In this document: one piece after another, positions 57,544 to 64,000 of the stretch | Numbering within the stretch: position 1 is the first letter of the stretch | Layout of the letters: each line of letters opens with the position of its first letter | Source: Blastocladiella emersonii ATCC 22665 | Taxonomy: Eukaryota; Fungi; Blastocladiomycota | Assembly: GCA_025594325.1 (NCBI GenBank) | Contig: JANHCV010000008.1 | Coordinates: 1,550,001-1,614,000 of the forward strand | Direction: 5' to 3' | Length of the DNA stretch: 64,000 nt | Notes under the pieces: model-generated | Seen by the model: the letters and a program-made list of their open reading frames with translations, nothing else | Told to the model about the DNA's origin: nothing | The model's database searches: none | Translations under genes and position numbers: made by a program

Positions 57544-57704
57544 AGTAGGTTGATAGAGTAGACGGCCATTTGGTAGTGGGTTTCAGTCGTCATAGTCCAT
57601 GCCATCTGAGAAGCGGGCGCGGCGGATTTCCAGGTCACTGGGCGATCCAGCTGTGGGACCGAGTGAGTCAGTCAGTGAGAGTATTGATGAGGGTCGGTGC
57701 GATC

Positions 57705-57851
57705 TGTGTCCCAGTGTCCCAGTGTCCCAGCACCTTTCACTTGTAGCTCGTATTTTGAACTGAAAACAACATACATACTAAGTATGTTACTTTTTTTTCT
57801 TAAATTTATAGAAAAGAATATTTAGCTGGGACACAGGGACACAGGGACACA
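57705..57851. repeat. iteron cassette 2 (direct repeat of cassette 1, period 308 bp)
   Basis: Arms at 57705-57731 and 57825-57851, with the same 93-bp spacer length and near-identical spacer sequence. Confidence 0.9.
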
Positions 57852-58300
57852 AGTAGGTTGATAGAGTAGGCGGCGAAAGTGGAAGTGAAGTGAAGTGAAA
57901 GTCGGTCCACCAAGCCACGCGTGATCACCAGCCACCCCCATGTAATTATCGATGACCAAGCGGTTCATAATCGACCTCGCCCCACCGCTTGCCAAGCTCA
58001 TTACCAAGGCCTTGATTGAGCAGGCTTGGCGTGGAGATTCCCTGCTTGCGTCCCTATAGCGGGTTGAGTAACTGCCTTGTTGCTGCAACGAAAGACCCCT
58101 ATAAGAACCAAGTACGGCCCGCCTCGTCCACGCTCTCTCATGGCTTCGGTCATCACTCCCTCCTCGCCCTTTGCAGATGCTTGATCATAGGTGGTGCACC
58201 ATCATGTAAAAGTTTCTGCACTGGTTTGGCCAGGTTCATTGCATGGAGTCGCGAACTATGCCTTGGATCTGGCCCTCCCTTTGTTTGGTGCTGTGTGGTT

Positions 58301-58400
58301 TGACGAGTTTTTTGGGACTTGTGCGTTTACGATTTGGCGTGCTGTGTGCGGCTGACGAGTTTTTTGGGACTTGTGCGTTTACGATTTGGCGTGCTGTGTG
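58301..58400. repeat. 48-bp identical direct repeat, period 52
   Basis: tgacgagttttttgggacttgtgcgtttacgatttggcgtgctgtgtg at 58301-58348 and 58353-58400. Confidence 0.9.
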
Positions 58401-58642
58401 GAAAGAGATTTTGCTTGCGTATTTGTGTAATCAAACGACAATGACGCCGTCGCCGCGTTCTCTGGTTCGTTCTTGTGACTGGCCACCACAGGAATGGATT
58501 GTAGAGCGCGGCGACAGTCCAAAGGGCGGGACTGGCCACCCCGTTCTGGATGCTGAGTCCCCATTGCTACTTTACGTCCATGTTGCGATCGCGTTTGACG
58601 AGTCACGTTTGGCAAATTTAGTGCCGCGAAACTCTAAGAATA

Positions 58643-59128
58643 ATGAGTTCGCCAGATATCGTGTTGAAGGAATTCCGCAAACGGTTTGTTGATGTTCAGA
58701 ATGGGCGGATATACATTCGAATGAAGGACAACTCGCTTAAAGAGACTGGGTTGAGTAAAAATACCAAAGGGTACCTCCAGGTTTTGATCGAAGGTCGGAA
58801 GCAAAGCGTTCGTCGCATTATCATGACTGTCCACCTTGGCCGCGAACTACTTCCAGGAGAACAAGTGAATCACATTAATCACAAACGGGATGACAATCGG
58901 ATTGCGAACTTGGAAATCGTCTCGGCCCAACAAAACAGTCAATGGCGAAGCACTACGACTAGAGTCACACAGCGTCGAAACGGTAAATGGCAAGCGATGA
59001 TCTGGACAGATGGCCGTCAAAGACACATTGGTTCGTACAAAACCCGCGAAGAAGCCTTAGTCGCACGCCACGCCGCTGCTCGCGCCCTCAACGCTCAAGG
59101 TCACCGATTCTACATCCCAGAAGAGTAA
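58643..59128 (+). CDS. HNH endonuclease with C-terminal AP2-like DNA-binding domain
   Basis: GYLQV..RRII..QVNHINHKRDDNRIANLEIVSAQQN (HNH_3-type) followed by GKWQAMI..RQRHIGSYKTREEALVAR (AP2-like). Confidence 0.88.
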   Translation: MSSPDIVLKEFRKRFVDVQNGRIYIRMKDNSLKETGLSKNTKGYLQVLIEGRKQSVRRIIMTVHLGRELLPGEQVNHINHKRDDNRIANLEIVSAQQNSQWRSTTTRVTQRRNGKWQAMIWTDGRQRHIGSYKTREEALVARHAAARALNAQGHRFYIPEE

Positions 59129-59363
59129 TGTCACTCGGCTTCCCTACCCGCGTCTCCTTTCCAGAAAATATACAAGTCAAACAAGGCACGTCATCCAAAT
59201 GCTCTTCTACGCGATAGCCATCCACAAGTCCACTCATTGACTCTTCATACTCATAAAGGCACGCCCAGCAAATGGGCTCTCCGCAAGATTCACAGAATGC
59301 GTGTAGATCAAATACGTCGACTTGGCATGCACAGCTGTTACAGGGCGAGTCCAGGGTCTCCAT
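59088..59363 (-). CDS. small acidic Cys-rich protein (91 aa; CxxC pairs)
   Basis: CNSC..CESC..CWAC..CLTC; start at METLD chosen by eye. Confidence 0.45.
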   Translation of the reverse strand: METLDSPCNSCACQVDVFDLHAFCESCGEPICWACLYEYEESMSGLVDGYRVEEHLDDVPCLTCIFSGKETRVGKPSDITLLGCRIGDLER

Positions 59364-59437
59364 ACTGTGATCACGCGCTGTGTATTTAAACCGCCAAACG
59401 CATTCAAGCAGTTCTTTCTTTACTTGTCGTTCTGTAA

Positions 59438-59950
59438 ATGGAAGATTCCAAAACAAAGTGCGCGACCTGTTCGAGCGAGCCCCCAACCGGCCGTCTCAAG
59501 CAGTGCCAAGGGTGCGGCGTGGAAGTTTGTAAGATTTGTTTGAAACGCGTTACCAAGCTCTGCCCTGTTTGTAGATCCGGCGCACAGCCCTTTGTCATTG
59601 ACCTTTTCAAAGTCCTGACTAAACGCAATGAATATCTACAGCGGCAGCTCCAGCAGCCTCGCACAGAATGTCTGGGTTGTATCCACCACCCCCACGCTCT
59701 GGCACGGATATCAGTAGCAAATGAAGAGGTTTTTCGTAAGACCCGCGACCAGATGAAGGCTGACTACGAGCACGCACTCGCGCAAAAGCGCCAACAATGG
59801 TTCCTGATGGGTGCAGAGTCGATTCTCAAAGACACTGATCCGGCTAAACTTGCTATTCAGGAGAAAGTCTCTGGTGGATTCGGAGACGTGTACAACAAGT
59901 ACCGGACATCCCCACGGATGTGCAAAGTAAACGAGTGGAACGCACACTGA
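59438..59950 (+). CDS. RING-like zinc-finger protein (170 aa) with coiled-coil tail
   Basis: C-x2-C-x11-C-x2-C-x4-C-x2-C-x6-C-x2-C (CATC..CQGC..CKIC..CPVC); ATG in TAAATG context. Confidence 0.7.
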   Translation: MEDSKTKCATCSSEPPTGRLKQCQGCGVEVCKICLKRVTKLCPVCRSGAQPFVIDLFKVLTKRNEYLQRQLQQPRTECLGCIHHPHALARISVANEEVFRKTRDQMKADYEHALAQKRQQWFLMGAESILKDTDPAKLAIQEKVSGGFGDVYNKYRTSPRMCKVNEWNAH

Positions 59951-59974
59951 ATTCTTTCGCTCAAGACTTTGTAA

Positions 59975-60139
59975 ATGGCAGTACCAACTCGATTCCAGGC
60001 GCCATGCGACCACGATCGCATTCCAGGTTGGCTTGATCAGCACGATATCGTCCGTGCAACCATTCTCTGTCCGCGCTGCGAACGCCGAGTGACGTACAAA
60101 CGCACAGACTACGATAGCGACGAATATTTTAGCGACTAA
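59975..60139 (+). CDS. small 54-aa protein with CxH..CPRC and acidic tail
   Basis: MAVPTRFQAPCDHDRIPGWLDQHDIVRATILCPRCERRVTYKRTDYDSDEYFSD; TAAATG start; tandem to the RING ORF. Confidence 0.45.
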   Translation: MAVPTRFQAPCDHDRIPGWLDQHDIVRATILCPRCERRVTYKRTDYDSDEYFSD

Positions 60140-60441
60140 GTCTTTCAGAGGTACATGGAGGTAATTCTGAAAGGTAATTCATTCAAAGTACACGGTGTAT
60201 TTCTCGCCGGGCTTCAGTGTGCCACGGACCGCCGTGTACTTGATCGTTCCTGGCTTTGGAGCGCTCAGCATCTCGATGGGCAAGACAGTCTCGGGGATGT
60301 ACACGGTGGGATTCGGGGATGGCGTACCCTGGGAAGTAATACAACTCGTTCCCATGGTGTTCCTTGACTTTGCGGCCGAAAAGAATCCCGTAGCACATTG
60401 CGTTTGAACGAGTTGCCGCTTACCATCGCCCCGAAAAAACT

Positions 60442-61656
60442 TTAGTGGATCACGGTTGTGCCCAAAGCCATTGCGACCACCACGACGTCGTGCTCAACCC
60501 AAGCATCAAAGCGGATAGGCGGAGAGTCGGCGGGTAGAGTCAGAATCAGATCAATGGGCAGCTGTGAGACCACACCGTCGCTGTTGCCACTGATAGCTGA
60601 TCGGACGACGTTCAAATTCTGAGCAATGAAGAACTTGGTACTCCCGGGACCATAGTAATTTGAGAACTCCACAACCCCACGGACGTTATGCGAAAACGCC
60701 TTGACGACCTCACACCACGCCTCTGAAACATCAGCCACAGGCTTTGATGGGTAATAAGTATTGCCAATCTTGAACTGGTAAGAAAGCAGACGACACGCGC
60801 GGGTGTACGTCTTGGACATTTCTGTGATTTGGTTTAGATTGACCAGACTTGACAGCTGCATAGACGCGATCACAGTCTTTTGGGAGCGGTTGCGGTTAGG
60901 GATGACGATGGTGTTTACGCCTGCATTCAGGGTTTTACCAAAGTGAGTAAAGCTCGAGAAGTGAAACTTGATTCCCTCGTTCATCCAGCGCTTTGCAAGT
61001 ACAGCGTTGATCTGGGGCGACAGCTCTACCTCCTCAAACTGGAGCTCACAGTTGGTCAGTGCATACTCAAGGTTCTCTGAGGGAGCGCCGTTCTCGGTGG
61101 TGACGTGCCACTGTGCGCCAGGACGAAGGTTGATGTCAATGTCGATGAACCCGAACATGGACGTGGGAATAAAGGTCTTCACGTCGAACAGTCCCTTGAG
61201 ATGGACCATGTACTTGCGGCCGAGCGGGCGCGATGTCTTTGGCCCACAGCCCAGGTGGAAAAGATTCTTGCGCTGGGACTCGTTGCAAGTCGTATCGAGC
61301 AGGATAGCATGGAGGCGCGCGTACTCGTTCTCTTCGAATAGGACTGTGCCTTTCTCGTCAGTTGCACGGATGCTTTCGATGCAGCTGAACGCGTTCTCGT
61401 CCATGACGATCTGGTTATTGCTCGAAGTGGCATTGTGATTGAATACAAAGAACAGTGTCGTCGGATCAATCATCTTAGTCTTTACGCCAGGGATGCGGAA
61501 CCGGATCTGGCGATTGGCATCCGAGAACACTCCGCCAGTGGTTGAACGAACCGTGTTGTACACACGAGTCCCTGAAACGTGCTCAGGAACGCGGTAAAGG
61601 ATTTCCTCGGGCGCGATTTCGGGCTGGGAGTCGTAGAGTTTTAGCGAATTGGACAT
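60442..61656 (-). CDS. major capsid protein, PLV/virophage-like double jelly-roll (404 aa)
   Basis: Beta-rich pattern typical of PLV MCPs: QIRFRIPG..IDPTTLFFVF, SCIESIRA..LFEENEYARL, LQFEEVEL, SYQFKIGNTYYPSKPV, FFIAQNL..SG, FDAWVEHDVVV. Located directly after penton and ATPase. Confidence 0.8.
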   Translation of the reverse strand: MSNSLKLYDSQPEIAPEEILYRVPEHVSGTRVYNTVRSTTGGVFSDANRQIRFRIPGVKTKMIDPTTLFFVFNHNATSSNNQIVMDENAFSCIESIRATDEKGTVLFEENEYARLHAILLDTTCNESQRKNLFHLGCGPKTSRPLGRKYMVHLKGLFDVKTFIPTSMFGFIDIDINLRPGAQWHVTTENGAPSENLEYALTNCELQFEEVELSPQINAVLAKRWMNEGIKFHFSSFTHFGKTLNAGVNTIVIPNRNRSQKTVIASMQLSSLVNLNQITEMSKTYTRACRLLSYQFKIGNTYYPSKPVADVSEAWCEVVKAFSHNVRGVVEFSNYYGPGSTKFFIAQNLNVVRSAISGNSDGVVSQLPIDLILTLPADSPPIRFDAWVEHDVVVVAMALGTTVIH

Positions 61657-61687
61657 TTAATGTCGCGCAATAAAAAAAAAGTACACT

Positions 61688-62881
61688 TTATGAGAAACAC
61701 AGCGTCATAAACCACTGGCAACTTGTGGTATCGAGCCGACGGCCTGTGGACCCTTCGGAAAACTCGATCAAGAACGTGTCCAGGTCGCGCTGGTACCCGA
61801 ACCAGCTCATACTGGTCGATGGACTGCGATAGGTTGTGGCATATCCTGGTGAACTGTTGATGGGAAAGGCAGCGAGAACGGGTTTGTGATTGGCGCCATG
61901 AAGACGTTTATTGGTGGTCGCACTCCCAAGTTCCGAGCTGTGAATCACAAGTGAGAACAGTCCGCCGGTCATGTCCACGCAACGGTCACCCACAATCAGT
62001 CGAGCTGGCACGTTAAACTGTTCGTGTGAGAGACCTAAAAAGTCGCTTGCGAGTTTACATGGATGGACGATGAAACACTCTGCATTTGCGCCCTTGACAA
62101 GTCGGAGTTCAGCAACGAAGCGAATGGCATTGAAACTGACCTCAAGTTTCAGATCGCCGTCGCTGTTGGGATTAAAGTACCCAGTCACGCTGGCCAGAGT
62201 GGATGCAAGTGTTGCCTGCGTATAGAACCCGCGGGGAATCGTGTACTTTGACCGTAACCCAGTGACTTGCCCACTCTTGATTTGATCCAGCGATGTTCCA
62301 AGCGGGAACACAGTCATATCCAGGAAGTCGTTTGTTGCGTCGACGCTATAGATGTTGTTCTCTATTGTAAAATCCAAGAGTCGGACGTGCGAGAACCTTG
62401 AACCAGGTGGGAGCGGAATACGACCATCCGCCTGGACATCCGCGTTGGTGAAAGTGAAGACGTGCTCCTCAGTGGGATGTGACGCCTGGTGCTGTAGTTC
62501 GAGTGCCTTTTGCCGAGCATCAACCGGTGCCGTGTAGACCGCACTTGATACTGTATCGACGGGAACGGCGTCAATGGAGAACGGCATGGTCGCAGTCGCT
62601 TCCAGATCACGGCGAGTCACTGTGGGTACGCTCGGAAGTTCCTTGAGCATGCGTCGCTTAGCCTTTGCCTCAGCCGACACTGGGTTCACTGGTCGAAAGA
62701 CTTTTTTTGTGCCATCCCTGGAGATACTCACAATCTTCTTGATCTTGAGGACGCGTTTCATGGGCCTTTGCGCAATGGGGATATCGTTCTCCTTGTTTCG
62801 GATCCGGTCAGTGTCAGTCTCGGGCCGCGACCCAGTTGGTGCGCGGGACGTTGGACGCGTGCTTGGGCGTTGCCGATTCAT
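61688..62881 (-). CDS. minor capsid protein (penton) with ~135-aa basic N-terminal extension (397 aa)
   Basis: VRLLDFTIENNIYSVDATND, YTIPRGFYTQATLASTL, LASDFLGL, VDMTGG..LVIHS, LAAFPIN..G..TTY and RRLD...QWFMTLCF follow the PLV/virophage penton pattern. Confidence 0.78.
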   Translation of the reverse strand: MNRQRPSTRPTSRAPTGSRPETDTDRIRNKENDIPIAQRPMKRVLKIKKIVSISRDGTKKVFRPVNPVSAEAKAKRRMLKELPSVPTVTRRDLEATATMPFSIDAVPVDTVSSAVYTAPVDARQKALELQHQASHPTEEHVFTFTNADVQADGRIPLPPGSRFSHVRLLDFTIENNIYSVDATNDFLDMTVFPLGTSLDQIKSGQVTGLRSKYTIPRGFYTQATLASTLASVTGYFNPNSDGDLKLEVSFNAIRFVAELRLVKGANAECFIVHPCKLASDFLGLSHEQFNVPARLIVGDRCVDMTGGLFSLVIHSSELGSATTNKRLHGANHKPVLAAFPINSSPGYATTYRSPSTSMSWFGYQRDLDTFLIEFSEGSTGRRLDTTSCQWFMTLCFS

Positions 62882-62899
62882 TTACAGTACCCAAGGAAT

Positions 62900-63661
62900 T
62901 TAATTCACGTACTTTTCGAACCGTTTGGTGAGCAGTCTCGCCTTGCTATTCTTGTAATTGACGTGCATGAACGAATAGTCCTCGGCAGTACAGTGATTAT
63001 AGATCTGCAACCACCGGTCCCAAGTCTTGCCACAATGATGCTCCTCGTAAAAGTTTTTCACTTCCTTTTGATTGCCCGTTGAGAACAACAGAAAGTTGGT
63101 TGTGTTGAGACGAAGCGGCTTGGCAAGCTGGAAGTAAGATTGTGTGACGTAGACCGTGGAAATCATGTAGTGTCGCCCGTTCATGACACAATCAATGAGG
63201 ACTTTGCTTTTAAGCACACCCGTTGCCGCGCAATCGTCGAGTACAAGGAGTACGGGCTGTCGATCGCGTTTGGGGATGGCTTTTTGCGACTCGATGAGTT
63301 CGTAGACCACGTTTTCAAAGGTCGCGGCATCCGTATGGACATCCGCCTCGGATGGAACGGTGGGGTCTTCAAGGTCATCGTCTGGGAACAGTCGCGCTTC
63401 GGCCTTGTCTTTGCGGCGGGGCTTTGAGAGGATTCCTGGCGCGAAGATGTGTTTCCACTTCTCGTCGCTTTCAAACGATGGACAGCACACGACAAGCCGG
63501 CTAAACTGGCCCTTGTAAAAGCGTGTGATCATGTTCAGTAGCGTGAGCGTCTTGCCACTTCCACGACATGCTACGATCGCACACGAAAAGCACACTTTGG
63601 GGATGAGCGAGTCCGGGCCCTTGGCGTCGCCCTTTTCTCGTAACGGTTTGATTTCGAACAT
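62900..63661 (-). CDS. A32-like (FtsK/HerA superfamily) genome-packaging ATPase (253 aa)
   Basis: Walker A ACRGSGKT, Walker B LLVLDD, then NGRHYMIS..VTQSY..L...LRLN, the A32-specific RHxxxS..xQ..R-N motifs. Confidence 0.93.
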   Translation of the reverse strand: MFEIKPLREKGDAKGPDSLIPKVCFSCAIVACRGSGKTLTLLNMITRFYKGQFSRLVVCCPSFESDEKWKHIFAPGILSKPRRKDKAEARLFPDDDLEDPTVPSEADVHTDAATFENVVYELIESQKAIPKRDRQPVLLVLDDCAATGVLKSKVLIDCVMNGRHYMISTVYVTQSYFQLAKPLRLNTTNFLLFSTGNQKEVKNFYEEHHCGKTWDRWLQIYNHCTAEDYSFMHVNYKNSKARLLTKRFEKYVN

Positions 63662-63798
63662 CTTTACGGTATACCATCAAAAGTATTTGCGTTTGAGCCA
63701 CAGAGCACACTGGACACACTCTACGGCGAGAACGTATCCGCCAAAATACATTAAAGCAGTTGAGAACATGACTGATTTAATGTGTGATGAGAAAATAT

Positions 63799-64000
63799 TT
63801 AGGCGCCTTCTGAAAGCGCTCGGTCTATAGCGTGCCCTACGTGGGCAATACTGTCAAGAATCGGATCAACGCGGAGAATGGCTTCCTCAGCCAGGCCGCT
63901 TGCAAGGTTCACGCCAGCTGCAATGTCGCGAAGGACGGGAATCGGAAGACTCGAGATCATGCCGCTGTAGTACTTGGTATTATGTATAACGGGCGAGACT
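63799..64000 (-). CDS. 3' end of a further viral ORF running in from beyond the window
   Basis: Open frame VSPVIHNTKYYSGMISSLPIPVLRDIAAGVNLASGLAEEAILRVDPILDSIAHVGHAIDRALSEGA* co-oriented with the ATPase. Confidence 0.5.
   Translation of the reverse strand, partial: VSPVIHNTKYYSGMISSLPIPVLRDIAAGVNLASGLAEEAILRVDPILDSIAHVGHAIDRALSEGA

Larger units (their letters stand above)
57340..64000. mobile_element. endogenous Polinton-like / virophage-like dsDNA virus (Preplasmiviricota), right part beyond the window
   Basis: Co-oriented ATPase-penton-MCP module with 18-31 nt spacers, intronless ORFs, visibly lower GC than the host block, plus HNH and RING accessory genes. The left boundary is uncertain (57045-57340). 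Confidence 0.85.

Noticed and set aside
57397-57851. CRISPR-like array
   Set aside because: Only two units, built from inverted octamers with near-identical rather than unique spacers; eukaryotic context and no cas genes.
60155-60430. Small gene downstream of the MCP
   Set aside because: Three competing short frames (53-71 aa) and none is clearly favoured.
60442-63661. Giant virus (Nucleocytoviricota) insertion
   Set aside because: The compact ATPase-penton-MCP trio and MCP pattern fit PLV/virophage-like viruses; no NCLDV hallmark genes (RNAP, VLTF3, family-B DNA polymerase) are in the window.
1-64000. Bacterial origin of the window (suggested by oleate hydratase, HNH-AP2 and high GC)
   Set aside because: Spliceosomal introns and eukaryote-specific genes (OST1, PHO80 cyclin, TMEM230, ENT) are present.

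Overview
Eukaryotic genomic DNA: GC-rich, with short GT-AG introns carrying CTGAC/CTAAC branch sites. The gene content best fits an early-diverging zoosporic fungus such as Blastocladiomycota (inference). Five zones are visible. (1) 1-24 kb is an accessory region built around a ~4.2-kb inverted duplication (about 3.55-7.75 kb vs 19.63-23.88 kb) whose outer 1.78 kb appears identical in both arms. It holds tRNA-Arg(CCG) copies, a three-member orphan Asn/Gln-repeat gene family, several ankyrin-like + RNI-LRR paralogues, a truncated bacterial-type oleate hydratase and an 8-exon S-formylglutathione hydrolase. (2) 24-29 kb contains degenerate Cys/His-rich relics. (3) 29-39 kb is a housekeeping block: ENT transporter, OST1, PHO80-type cyclin, TMEM230-like, MAM3/CNNM. 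(4) 40-57 kb is a decay zone: two DUF4470-like pseudogenes, a 4.6-kb P-superfamily transposon with 90-bp TIRs, an LRR gene frameshifted in an A9 run, and a PIF1 helicase relic. (5) From ~57 kb to the window edge is a lower-GC, intronless, tightly packed endogenous Polinton-like/virophage-like DNA virus. It encodes an A32 packaging ATPase, penton and double-jelly-roll-type major capsid protein, plus an HNH-AP2 nuclease and RING/Cys-rich ORFs. TAAATG precedes four of its start codons, and two iteron/AT-rich/iteron cassettes and a 28-bp perfect palindrome lie at or near its left end. The virus is the strongest candidate for an undescribed system. All assignments are by-eye motif recognition; no database searches were run.
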